Below the pieces are notes generated by a model. That model was given only the letters and a program-made list of their open reading frames with translations. It was not told where the DNA came from and made no database searches. Of a stretch of DNA of 64,000 nucleotides, positions 1-9,047 are shown one piece after another; the stretch's first letter is position 1, and every line of letters begins with the position of its first letter. The stretch is taken from IMG/VR virus record IMGVR_UViG_3300035698_012128, positions 30,672 through 94,671 of that record, one strand, 5' to 3'. Both the position numbers and the translations under genes were made by a program. The stretch comes from a virus.

Positions 1-101
1 TATTATATGGGGGTATTGGTTCTCAGATTTAGATACTGATGAGAGAGAAAGTTTGGGTGATGTATTAGATGATGAAATACAAAATAGAAAATAAATTAAA
101 C

Positions 102-175
102 ACGTGCGAATGTTCCTTGGCTTGGCGAATTGGTCTCCAAAACCGATTGGGTTGGTTCGAAACCAACCGCACGTG
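102..175 (+). tRNA. tRNA-Trp(CCA)
   Basis: Acceptor ACGTGCG/CGCACGT, anticodon arm TTGGT-CTCCAAA-ACCGA, T-arm GTTGG-TTCGAAA-CCAAC; D region atypical. Confidence 0.85.
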
Positions 176-201
176 CTGGTAACAGTAAATAATTATAATT
201 T

Positions 202-459
202 ATGAAAAACAAAAAATCAAAACACCTTAAAGAAGGTCGTACAAAAGGTAATAAAAAACCCAATGCAGAAACAAGTAGACAGGTATTACCCCCACCACCA
301 CCAAAACCTCCATTAAGTAGAATTACAAGAGAAGGAGTAATTAATACTTGTGGGATCTGTCATTCATCTGTTATAAAAGATGGGTTTATGGGTATGATTG
401 GAAGTTACGTATGTATTAATATAGAATGTAAAAATAGTAAAACATGGATGGTGAGATAA
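202..459 (+). CDS. hypothetical protein, polyproline tract and C-terminal Cys cluster
   Basis: PPPPPKPP; CGIC...CINIEC. Confidence 0.6.
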   Translation: MKNKKSKHLKEGRTKGNKKPNAETSRQVLPPPPPKPPLSRITREGVINTCGICHSSVIKDGFMGMIGSYVCINIECKNSKTWMVR

Positions 460-576
460 ATGAATTAAAAAACAAAACGTTAGAGTTGAAAAACAAAGAT
501 AAACCTACTATTAACGAAGTAGAGAATATATTAACTATAGTAGAAAAATTGATCGAAAAATTAAAAGTTACATTAA

Positions 577-1437
577 ATGATAATAAGTTTTAGTGGTAAA
601 ATTGGAAGTGGTAAAGATGAATGTGGTAGAATAGTTCAATTATTAACAGCAGATCCATATGATGACCCTGAGTTTTGGAAGGATGTTCTTGACCATCCCC
701 TGTTAATGCTAGATGAGTGGAATGGGAATTTTGATTTTGGTCCATTTAAAAACAAAAAATTCGGAGGAAAATTAAAAGATTGTGTATGTTTATTATTAGG
801 TTGCACAAGACATGATTTGGAAGATATAGAATTTAAAAACAAAGAATTAGGAGAAGGATGGTGGAAATATAAATTGCATGATGGAAGTGTATACAGATTT
901 GTAACTAAAAATCAGTATATGGAATCAAAAAATGAAAATAAATTTATAATTAAACTTACTCCTAGACTTTTCATGCAATTATTAGGTACTGAAGCAGGGA
1001 GAGATATAATCCATCCTGATATATGGGTTAATACTCTAATGGCTGAGTATAATAAAAATACATATATACGTTACAGAGAAGATAATACTACTTTACAAAA
1101 ACTTGATCCACCTAATTGGGTAATTACAGACTTAAGATTTATAAATGAGTTTGATAGAGTAGAAAAAGAAGGTATTACTATTAGAATTAATAGACATATA
1201 TCCCTACGGTATCCTGAACAATGGAATTTATATAAAAATAAAGATGATTTTGATGAAAAAGATTTCCTTAGTATATTAAAGGATAAAGATTTCGAATTAT
1301 ATGAGGTAATAACACATAGGGGAGAATGTGAATTAGATGATTGTTTTGCCTTCGATTATATAATCCAAAATGATGTAACCAAATTACAATTATTTAATGT
1401 TATTAAACAAATATTAGAAAAAGAAAAAATAATATGA
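577..1437 (+). CDS. deoxynucleoside monophosphate kinase
   Basis: SGKIGSGKD P-loop, TPRLFMQLLGTEAGRD, ITDLRFINE, typical of phage dNMP kinases. Confidence 0.85.
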   Translation: MIISFSGKIGSGKDECGRIVQLLTADPYDDPEFWKDVLDHPLLMLDEWNGNFDFGPFKNKKFGGKLKDCVCLLLGCTRHDLEDIEFKNKELGEGWWKYKLHDGSVYRFVTKNQYMESKNENKFIIKLTPRLFMQLLGTEAGRDIIHPDIWVNTLMAEYNKNTYIRYREDNTTLQKLDPPNWVITDLRFINEFDRVEKEGITIRINRHISLRYPEQWNLYKNKDDFDEKDFLSILKDKDFELYEVITHRGECELDDCFAFDYIIQNDVTKLQLFNVIKQILEKEKII

Positions 1438-2231
1438 AAATATCACATGAAGTACCTTTATATCTACTAGAAGGTAGTAGGAATTTTAACGATTACCATT
1501 ATTGTTTGCCCCATTTTGTAAGTAATAGTATTTACAAAGAATTTTATGTAGCTGCTTCGAATAATGAAGAATTTACCATATTGGATAATGGTTTGTTTGA
1601 GGGCACTGTAGTTAATGATGCTGAATTAATTAAACTCATAAGTGATATTAAACCTGATATTTTTATAATACCTGATGAATGGAATGAACATCTTATATCT
1701 TCGGCTAATGCCAAAAGATGGGTAAATAATCATAAAAATAGAATACCCGATAAAACTAAACTAATGGGGGTACTACAAGGTAAAACCTATGCAGAACTTT
1801 TGTTGTGTTATGATTTATATGTTATGTTAGGGATTACACATATAGCAATCAATCATTCTTCGGAAGGATTTTTGGATCTGAGTAATAAAACCCCAAATAT
1901 AGCTTACAATAAGATGGTAGGAAGGAATAGATTTATGACCCTACTAGAACAAGATGATAATTTTAATCCAGATTTTTATTATCATCTATTGGGGATTAAT
2001 TTAAGTCAGGAAGGTCAGTTGTTAAGTAAATATAAATGGGTTAATTCAATAGACACATCAAATCCTATAATATATGCTATAACTAAAGGTAAGTATCCAC
2101 ACCATTTAGGTGGGGTTATAGCAAAACCTTCAACTAAGTTAGAAGCATTTTTCTACGATCACAGACATGATATTATCCATGATAATATAATATATAACGT
2201 AAATCAATTTAAAAAATCAATTAATGGGTAA
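1434..2231 (+). CDS. TGT/DpdA-fold (7-deazaguanine transglycosylase-like) protein
   Basis: ILDNG, IPD, VLQG, HLLG, SIDTS in TGT-barrel order; overlaps queD. Confidence 0.65.
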   Translation: MKISHEVPLYLLEGSRNFNDYHYCLPHFVSNSIYKEFYVAASNNEEFTILDNGLFEGTVVNDAELIKLISDIKPDIFIIPDEWNEHLISSANAKRWVNNHKNRIPDKTKLMGVLQGKTYAELLLCYDLYVMLGITHIAINHSSEGFLDLSNKTPNIAYNKMVGRNRFMTLLEQDDNFNPDFYYHLLGINLSQEGQLLSKYKWVNSIDTSNPIIYAITKGKYPHHLGGVIAKPSTKLEAFFYDHRHDIIHDNIIYNVNQFKKSING

Positions 2232-2691
2232 ATTTACAGCAGAGAAAGTGTTTGATGGGTACACTACATGTTTTAGACAGTGGAAAGCCGTAAATACTCA
2301 TTGCAGTTTCTTACATGGTTATGGTGTATCATTTAAAGTATGGTATGAAGGTGAATTAGACTCTAATAATTGGGTATTTGATTTTGGTAGGGCTAAAAGA
2401 AGTGAGATAAAAATACAAGGTAAAAATCCCAAAGAATGGTTAGATTGGTTGTTAGATCATACTACTATAATAGCTAAAGACGATCCCGAACTAGGGGTAT
2501 TTTACGGATTAAACCATAAGAAAATTATACAACTAAGAGTAGTAGAAAATGTAGGTGCTGAGCGTTTTGCCGAATTTCTATATCATAAACTTAATGATTG
2601 GGTTGTAGAAGATTCTAATGGGCGTGTAAAAATAACGAAAATAGAATTTAGAGAAAATAACAAAAACAGTGCAACATATTATGGTATATAA
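2224..2691 (+). CDS. queD: 6-carboxytetrahydropterin synthase
   Basis: HCSFLHGY, LDH, GAE motifs. Confidence 0.9.
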   Translation: MGKFTAEKVFDGYTTCFRQWKAVNTHCSFLHGYGVSFKVWYEGELDSNNWVFDFGRAKRSEIKIQGKNPKEWLDWLLDHTTIIAKDDPELGVFYGLNHKKIIQLRVVENVGAERFAEFLYHKLNDWVVEDSNGRVKITKIEFRENNKNSATYYGI

Positions 2692-2830
2692 CAAAGAAGT
2701 AAACCCTCATTTCCAAGACGAATTAAAAAAAGTATTAGATAAAATATATGATAATAGTTCTAATGTTAGTTATAAAACCTTAGGTTATCTAAAAAATATA
2801 AGTAATAAAAGAACGATTATGAAATAAATT

Positions 2831-3049
2831 ATGGGACAAATTAAACAAGTATTAGATTTTTTAGATAGAAATATTTTGGTGGGGGATCAGGTAGTATATA
2901 CTACTTCCTCATCAGGGTGTTTACAATTAGGTAAAATTCTAGACACAAGACCAAATAAAGATGGTTTTGAGTATGGGGAAGTTAAAGTTATTGGCATACA
3001 TAACACTAAGGCTGGTTGGACTTACTCTGATAGATGTTATAGATTATGA
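2831..3049 (+). CDS. hypothetical protein
   Basis: Co-directional ORF overlapping the next gene. Confidence 0.6.
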   Translation: MGQIKQVLDFLDRNILVGDQVVYTTSSSGCLQLGKILDTRPNKDGFEYGEVKVIGIHNTKAGWTYSDRCYRL

Positions 3050-3471
3050 ATGAAAAAACAAAAACGATGATAATATCCGGATTTCCAGGAATAGGTAAAT
3101 CTTACCTATTTCATAACTCCTCATTAAATATATTAGATAGTGATAGTAGTAATTTTGATAAAAAATATTTCCCTGGTAATTACATAAAACACATAAAACA
3201 CAATATTATGCTTTATGATGTGATATTGGTGAGTAGTCACGGTATTGTACGGGAAGCTCTTGTTGGGGAGAAAATTGAATTTCTTTTGGTTTACCCCAAT
3301 ATCGACATGAAGGAGGAATTTATAGAAAGATACAAACTCAGAGGAAATAATGAGGGTTTTATTAATCTGTTGGATGTTAATTGGAATGATTGGATTACAC
3401 AAATGCAAAAACAAGATAGTTGTAAAAAAATTGAGTTAAGCACCGGACAGTATTTAAGTGACGTAATATAA
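3046..3471 (+). CDS. P-loop nucleotide-kinase-like protein
   Basis: IISGFPGIGKS, DSDSS, R-GN lid-like motif. Confidence 0.7.
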   Translation: MNEKTKTMIISGFPGIGKSYLFHNSSLNILDSDSSNFDKKYFPGNYIKHIKHNIMLYDVILVSSHGIVREALVGEKIEFLLVYPNIDMKEEFIERYKLRGNNEGFINLLDVNWNDWITQMQKQDSCKKIELSTGQYLSDVI

Positions 3472-3523
3472 GGATTAGCCTATATCCTAAACATACCTGG
3501 CAAAAACAATTATAGTAAAAACA

Positions 3524-4387
3524 ATGAAAAAAGAAAATGTTGTAGTCTCACTTTCTGGTGGGATGGATTCGAGTACCTTATTATTAAAAACTCTGGTAGA
3601 GTATAACAATGTAACCGCAATTAGTTTTGATTATGGGCAAAAACATAGGATAGAATTAAACAGAGCACAAAAATTAGTAGATTATATTAATTATACCAAG
3701 ATTAAAAAAGATGCCGAGGAACGTAATGTTTTATCCTATGTTCCTATTAAGTATCAAGTTATTAAATTAGATGGGTTATCAAACCTACTAGAATCAAATT
3801 TAGTAGAAGGTGGAGCAGATGTTCCTGAAGGTCATTATGAAAATGATAACATGAAAGAAACTGTTGTTCCTAACAGAAATAAAATGTTTTCATCAATAAT
3901 CCAAGCTATTGCTCTATCATTAACAAATAAAACAGGTCATGGTTGTGATATAGCATTAGGAATACATGCAGGTGATCATGCCGTCTACCCAGATTGTAGA
4001 CAAGAATTTAGAGACGCAGATGATCATGCTTTTAGAATGGGTAATTGGGATGCGGACGAAGTTAATTATTATACCCCATACCTTAACGGTAATAAATTAA
4101 GTATATTGAGAGACGGTCTTGAATTATGTAAGACGTTAGGATTAGATTTTGATGAGGTTTACCGTAGGACTAATACATCTTATAAACCATACCCTAGTGG
4201 TAATAGTGATTATAAATCCGCTTCTAGTGTTGAACGTATTGAAGCTTTTATAGCTTTAGGTCGACCTGATCCGGTACAGTATGAGGATGAAACAGGACCT
4301 GTGTCCTATGAAGTTGCAAGATTATCAGTAGAAAAGGTATTAATTGAAAAGTGTGAGGATGAAATTTCCTCATTATATTTGTACTAA
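3524..4387 (+). CDS. queC: 7-cyano-7-deazaguanine synthase
   Basis: SLSGGMDS, FDYGQKH, VVPNRN, HAGDHAVYPDCR. Confidence 0.92.
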   Translation: MKKENVVVSLSGGMDSSTLLLKTLVEYNNVTAISFDYGQKHRIELNRAQKLVDYINYTKIKKDAEERNVLSYVPIKYQVIKLDGLSNLLESNLVEGGADVPEGHYENDNMKETVVPNRNKMFSSIIQAIALSLTNKTGHGCDIALGIHAGDHAVYPDCRQEFRDADDHAFRMGNWDADEVNYYTPYLNGNKLSILRDGLELCKTLGLDFDEVYRRTNTSYKPYPSGNSDYKSASSVERIEAFIALGRPDPVQYEDETGPVSYEVARLSVEKVLIEKCEDEISSLYLY

Positions 4388-4671
4388 TGAAATTAAAAAA
4401 ACAAATAACCTCTATAGAACATCAAATAAGTAAAATTGAAGGGGAAGTAGAAAACTTTATAACAAAACACGTTTATGGTTTTACACAACCTGAAATGAAA
4501 ACATTATTACAATACTTCCCCTCATGTGATATTGCTCGATATAATGATGCTATGATAGGTAATACTGGAATGTTTATAGATGGTGAATTTATCACATACC
4601 GTGTAGATGTAATAACAGCCTTATATTGTGGTTTAGAAGACAGAAGTAGAAATTTTTTAGAATTTGATTAA
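4387..4671 (+). CDS. hypothetical protein
   Basis: Stop/start overlap in operon. Confidence 0.6.
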   Translation: MKLKKQITSIEHQISKIEGEVENFITKHVYGFTQPEMKTLLQYFPSCDIARYNDAMIGNTGMFIDGEFITYRVDVITALYCGLEDRSRNFLEFD

Positions 4672-4865
4672 TGGCAAAACTAACAAAAGTAACAAGATTA
4701 GAAGTAATTAACCACCAAGATGGTATAGGAAGAGAGTACACCAAACATAATTGTGAGAGTGTAGAAATTAGCTTACAAGACGATGGTAGAACATTAAAAG
4801 TATTTATAAGTAAAAAACAAGATTTAAATGGCAGAATTCTCAAAACAATATTTAGAAAAAAATGA
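4671..4865 (+). CDS. hypothetical protein
   Basis: VTRLEVI...SLQDDGRTLKVF, a recurrent small phage protein pattern. Confidence 0.6.
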   Translation: MAKLTKVTRLEVINHQDGIGREYTKHNCESVEISLQDDGRTLKVFISKKQDLNGRILKTIFRKK

Positions 4866-5073
4866 TCAAGGTAATGTAAAACCCTCTATTGACATAGATC
4901 TTATAGGTGAAGGGTTGGTACATGATCAATGGACCTCAGCCAAATGTGATGGGTATGGTTTCATTGGTATCGCAAAGTTAAATGGTAATTTATTATTAGC
5001 TATGCCTACCGGAGGGTATGAAGAAGGTGATCCTCTAGTACAATGGTTTCCATATTCTGATATAGTAAAATAA
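4828..5073 (+). CDS. hypothetical protein
   Basis: Co-directional ORF. Confidence 0.55.
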   Translation: MAEFSKQYLEKNDQGNVKPSIDIDLIGEGLVHDQWTSAKCDGYGFIGIAKLNGNLLLAMPTGGYEEGDPLVQWFPYSDIVK

Positions 5074-5216
5074 TGAACGAAATAATACATAGTATGCACC
5101 ATTTACTTGGTATGTGTGGGGAATCTCACCTTAACATATTCACTTTTATATCTAGTGAATCTTCGAATTTCTTTCATATATTAAACCGAATAAAAAGTAT
5201 AATAAATGGATTTTGA
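5073..5216 (+). CDS. small His/Cys peptide (47 aa), not in ORF track
   Basis: MNEIIHSMHHLLGMCGESHLNIF...; ATG overlaps the previous stop. Confidence 0.5.
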   Translation: MNEIIHSMHHLLGMCGESHLNIFTFISSESSNFFHILNRIKSIINGF

Positions 5217-5288
5217 TAAAGTAGTAATAAATCCAAAGTAGCATTTATGGTTTATCTCTACTCTTGTATATTTATCATCAAAAAATAA

Positions 5289-5936
5289 ATGAATAAAAAT
5301 ACAAAAATATATGCTGTAATTAATTGTTATAATAATTATAATGATGTATATGTAGGTAAAACAATAAACAATACTAGAAAAAACGATCATAAGATAAAAT
5401 ATGGCTATAATATCGATTTCGTGGTGTTAGATGAAATTAGTGGAACAGATAGAAAAGATTGGAAACCATTAGAAACTTATTGGATACATCAATTCTATCA
5501 ATGGGGTTTTAATGTTCAAAATAAGCAAATGATTGGGGGTTGTGGAGTGGAATTTCATTCACAAGAATCCAAAAATAAAATAAAATATTCTAAATCACAA
5601 AAGCCCCACCCACTACTAAATTTAAAAATTGATAAATATTATAAAGATATAATAAATATGTACACCATGGGGGTATGTCCCTCGAATATAGGGTTAAAAT
5701 ATAAATGTCATAGTGATGTTATTAAAAGGGTTTTGAAGAGTAAGGGTGTGGAGTTAAGAAGTGCATCTGATTCCCAAAAATTTAGAAGTGGGGAGAAGAG
5801 GAGAAAAGATTTATGGGGTAGTATGAATAATATATTAGACTTACATAACAAAGGTGAAAGTTATACTTATATTGGGAAATTGTATAATACCAGTGATGTT
5901 CAAATAAAATTAATGATAAATAAAAATAGATTATAA
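5289..5936 (+). CDS. GIY-YIG-like homing endonuclease with C-terminal HTH repeats
   Basis: IYAV...VYVGKT, conserved E..WI, two HTH-like segments; free-standing before queE. Confidence 0.7.
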   Translation: MNKNTKIYAVINCYNNYNDVYVGKTINNTRKNDHKIKYGYNIDFVVLDEISGTDRKDWKPLETYWIHQFYQWGFNVQNKQMIGGCGVEFHSQESKNKIKYSKSQKPHPLLNLKIDKYYKDIINMYTMGVCPSNIGLKYKCHSDVIKRVLKSKGVELRSASDSQKFRSGEKRRKDLWGSMNNILDLHNKGESYTYIGKLYNTSDVQIKLMINKNRL

Positions 5937-6739
5937 TGGATTTCGATAAAATAGTACCCGTATTAGAGTTATATGGACCTGTGATACAATCAGAAGGGAG
6001 TAAGGTTGGTATACCTCACATTGTTGTTAGAACTACTGGTTGTGTTATGAGGTGTCATTTTGGTGAAGGTGGGTTTTGTGATTCATGGTACACTAGTATT
6101 CATCCCGAAAAAGGTAAATACACCATGAATGATATAGTAAAATTCATGATGAAATTTCCCGAATGTAATCATTTGATGTTGACCGGTGGTTCTCCTACTA
6201 TGCACCCCCAACTATGTGATACGATTGTCCAATATTTTAAGAACTTCCATAGAATTACTGATGATAATGGAACTATTATTCGTGAGGGGGTTGTAACCTT
6301 AGAAACTGAGGGTTCTCATATTATGGTGACTACATTTCCTATTGATTTGATATCACTTTCACCTAAATTCTCCAACAGTATTCCGGTTGAAGGGATGATG
6401 ACACCAATAGGTAAAAAAGTAACAGCTGGTATGGTGAGGCAACATAAAAAAAGTATGAGTAATACTAGAAATATGAGAATATTACTAGATAATCATACCG
6501 ATTACCACTTTAAACCTGTTGTAAACCCTACAGAAATGCCAGAGGTATGGGATGAAGTACTTGAAATGATTGAGGAGTTAAACATTCCCAAACATAAAGT
6601 ATGGATAATGCCTCCTGGAGATACTAAAGAAGAATTAATTAGGATATATCCTATGTTAATGGAATTCTGTGCAGAAAATGGATATAATTTTACAGGTAGA
6701 GATCACATTATTGCCTTTGGTGATAAAAGAGAAGTATGA
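5936..6739 (+). CDS. queE: 7-carboxy-7-deazaguanine synthase (radical SAM)
   Basis: IQSEG, RTTGCVMRC...CDS, LTGGSP, LETEG, SLSPK. Confidence 0.88.
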   Translation: MDFDKIVPVLELYGPVIQSEGSKVGIPHIVVRTTGCVMRCHFGEGGFCDSWYTSIHPEKGKYTMNDIVKFMMKFPECNHLMLTGGSPTMHPQLCDTIVQYFKNFHRITDDNGTIIREGVVTLETEGSHIMVTTFPIDLISLSPKFSNSIPVEGMMTPIGKKVTAGMVRQHKKSMSNTRNMRILLDNHTDYHFKPVVNPTEMPEVWDEVLEMIEELNIPKHKVWIMPPGDTKEELIRIYPMLMEFCAENGYNFTGRDHIIAFGDKREV

Positions 6740-6796
6740 TGATAAAAGATATATTGATGTGGGTAAGAATGTGGGTACTATCTTTTTGGGTATAAT

Positions 6797-7051
6797 ATGA
6801 TAGAAAATTCAATGATGCCATTTACTAGATTTGAGACTAAATTGAAAAAACTAGGTATAAATATAACGTGTTGTAGTAATTACCCATGGGTGTATTTATT
6901 AACAGTAAATGGAGAAAAAGTAACAGAAAAATTCCATTCAAAGCACAATTTTACATTAGGTTACTATCCTATAAAAACAACAGAAAAATTTAAATTTTCA
7001 AATATCGATCAAATTTTTAAAACAATAAGAAAATATGTTTATAATAATTAA
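6797..7051 (+). CDS. hypothetical protein
   Basis: NYPWVYL motif, co-directional. Confidence 0.6.
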   Translation: MIENSMMPFTRFETKLKKLGINITCCSNYPWVYLLTVNGEKVTEKFHSKHNFTLGYYPIKTTEKFKFSNIDQIFKTIRKYVYNN

Positions 7052-7238
7052 TAATATTCTTACTTACATAAAATTAATCAGGGGTTTCATACGATTATGG
7101 ATATTCAGTTTCTGCCCCCAATGTAATAGCTCTGCACCTGAATTATATGATTGTAAGGTGTGTGAGTGGCCTCCTCCATATTCATTTTATGGAGATAAAT
7201 CACTAAAATCAAAAGCTTGGGGAAAATATATAAAATAG
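7035..7238 (+). CDS. small zinc-ribbon-like protein
   Basis: CPQC...CKVC. Confidence 0.55.
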   Translation: MFIIINNILTYIKLIRGFIRLWIFSFCPQCNSSAPELYDCKVCEWPPPYSFYGDKSLKSKAWGKYIK

Positions 7239-7645
7239 AACAAAACAAAAAAATGAAATTAAATAAAAATACACAATTTAAATTTATCTTAAGACTGAAT
7301 GAGGGGAGTTGGGGTAGTATGAGAAAAGGTGATACTACTGAAGCTACTATAAATTTATTAGATGATTATAATGGGTTAGCCCGATTCCCTATTGATAAAA
7401 GATGGGACATAATGCACTGCGAACTTGTAATTGATGAGGAATCAATGTATGGGGATGAGGAAGTAAGTTGTGTGGAAGAAAAGCCATGTTGTAACGATGA
7501 GCAAGTAGATGAGTTAGTAGAAGAAAAATTATGTGATGAAGACATATATGATAACATTTTGGGTCGTGAAGAAATAGAAAAACAAGAAGAAGATATTCTG
7601 GATATTTTTAAGCAGAATTTTTTCATCAGACAAATTTTGTCATGA
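7217..7645 (+). CDS. acidic hypothetical protein (start probably about 7253)
   Basis: Co-directional ORF. Confidence 0.55.
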   Translation: MGKIYKIEQNKKMKLNKNTQFKFILRLNEGSWGSMRKGDTTEATINLLDDYNGLARFPIDKRWDIMHCELVIDEESMYGDEEVSCVEEKPCCNDEQVDELVEEKLCDEDIYDNILGREEIEKQEEDILDIFKQNFFIRQILS

Positions 7646-7857
7646 TCTACAAAATTAGATTGATAATTCTTTTAATTTAAGGTTTCTTTCGTATATTTAT
7701 GGTAGTAAAAAATAGAATAAAATGTCTAATAATAGAAAATGTAATTTTAGTATAATTTGTAGTGTGAGCTATTCGAGCTTATCACCGCAGCATAATTATC
7801 CTAATATATATACAGAGACTTAAGACAATCAAAATACATAATGTTTGTTGGTAAATT

Positions 7858-7882
7858 TAGGTCTCATTTGAGACCTATTTTT
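7858..7882 (+). terminator. intrinsic terminator
   Basis: TAGGTCTC-ATTT-GAGACCTA followed by T run. Confidence 0.7.
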
Positions 7883-7967
7883 CTGTCTAAAAGGTAGTTT
7901 TAATAAAAGTTTCTTATTATATTTAGTAATAAGAGTATAGTTAATTGACGTATTAGAAATTTGTAAT

Positions 7968-8055
7968 AGAGGGCTGGCAGAACTGGCACAATTGCACTAG
8001 TCTTGAAAACTAGAGACCGGTAAACGGTTTATGGGTTCGAATCCCATGCCCTCTT
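7968..8055 (+). tRNA. tRNA-Ser(TGA)
   Basis: AGAGGGC/GCCCTCT, CTAGT-CTTGAAA-ACTAG, long variable arm. Confidence 0.95.
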
Positions 8056-8061
8056 CAATAA

Positions 8062-8132
8062 TGCCTTGTAGTGTAACGGCAGCACGCGTGGATTTGGCCC
8101 TCGCAGCATGGGTTCGAATCCCGTCAAGGTAT
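8062..8132 (+). tRNA. tRNA-Gln(TTG)
   Basis: TGCCTTG/CAAGGTA, loop ATTTGGC, TTCGAAT. Confidence 0.9.
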
Positions 8133-8133
8133 C

Positions 8134-8282
8134 TAAGTAGTAGAACAACTGATAGTTCAGCTTGCTAACAGATAAATTAAATTATAAGTCTGGTAAACAG
8201 GTTCAAAGTAGTTGAGAGAGGTTTAATATCAATAGTACGTAAATTCAACTTTGTGGTGTAGGTTTGAGTCCTACCTACTTAA
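8134..8282 (+). ncRNA. tRNA-like RNA with expanded anticodon and variable regions
   Basis: Acceptor TAAGTAG/CTACTTA, D-arm GAAC..GTTC, T-arm GTAGG-TTTGAGT-CCTAC, about 100 nt between D and T arms. Confidence 0.6.
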
Positions 8283-8302
8283 AACATTAATTAAAAACAA
8301 TT

Positions 8303-8623
8303 ATGGCATTAGATTTAGAAGTACTAAGAAAAAAACTAGATGATGCTTTAGTATCAGAAACAAAAGAGAGTTTTGAAAAATGGTTCGAAAAAACTAGAAT
8401 TGAAACTACTGAAAAAGATGTATTGAACCGTAACTACCATTTTCATATAGATGGTAATAAGTTAATTATCCAAAATTATTCTTATATGGATAGTGGGTGG
8501 TATGTAGAAGTAGATAGAAAAAAAGTATCGTTATATGAAGTATGGGAGGGTAATAAACCTCAAAAATACGGTGATTACGATACCATTTTAGAAGCTTTAA
8601 AAGATACGGTTAATTTAAGTTAA
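8303..8623 (+). CDS. hypothetical protein
   Basis: ORF inside tRNA array. Confidence 0.6.
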   Translation: MALDLEVLRKKLDDALVSETKESFEKWFEKTRIETTEKDVLNRNYHFHIDGNKLIIQNYSYMDSGWYVEVDRKKVSLYEVWEGNKPQKYGDYDTILEALKDTVNLS

Positions 8624-8672
8624 GTTATGAATAGTTTACTAAACTTCTATTGAAAATAAAAAGTTTAAAATT

Positions 8673-8751
8673 CGGAATGTAGAGGAGTCAGGTTTATCTC
8701 GTCTGCTTTGGGAGCAGAAGCACGTGGGTTCAAATCCCGCCATTCCGACCA
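8673..8751 (+). tRNA. tRNA-Pro(TGG), encoded CCA
   Basis: CGGAATG/CATTCCG-ACCA, TCTGC-TTTGGGA-GCAGA. Confidence 0.95.
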
Positions 8752-8757
8752 AAAAAT

Positions 8758-8833
8758 GCCTTCGTAACTCAGTTGGTTTCAGAGTACCGTGCTTTTAACA
8801 CGGGAGTCGGGAGTTCGAATCTCTCCGGGGGCA
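8758..8833 (+). tRNA. tRNA-Lys(TTT)
   Basis: CCGTG-CTTTTAA-CACGG, canonical cloverleaf. Confidence 0.95.
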
Positions 8834-8896
8834 CTAAAGTAGTATACGTTATGAGTCAAACAAACTTCACAGTAAATGAGATTAAAGAGTTAAAAT

Positions 8897-8971
8897 GCTC
8901 CCATAGCTCAGTTGGTATAGAGCGCTGATTTTACACGTCAGAGGTCACAGATTCGAATTCTGTTGGGAGTA
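8897..8971 (+). tRNA. tRNA-Val(TAC)
   Basis: CTGAT-TTTACAC-GTCAG. Confidence 0.95.
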
Positions 8972-9047
8972 CGAGGCGGAACGAAAACCGAAAGAAAGAA
9001 ACAGGAAAAACTTCGTGAGTTGTGTATCTCATTAAAAATCCACAAAT

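Noticed and set aside
8134-8282. tmRNA
   Set aside because: No G3:U70, a D stem is present, and there is no tag reading frame; the same applies to 60769-60892
8851-8928. Mini ORF running into tRNA-Val
   Set aside because: Overlaps the tRNA; at most a gene remnant
9016-9046. preQ1-I riboswitch
   Set aside because: Topology is similar, but loop and tail consensus do not match and no regulated ORF follows; kept only as an unclassified element
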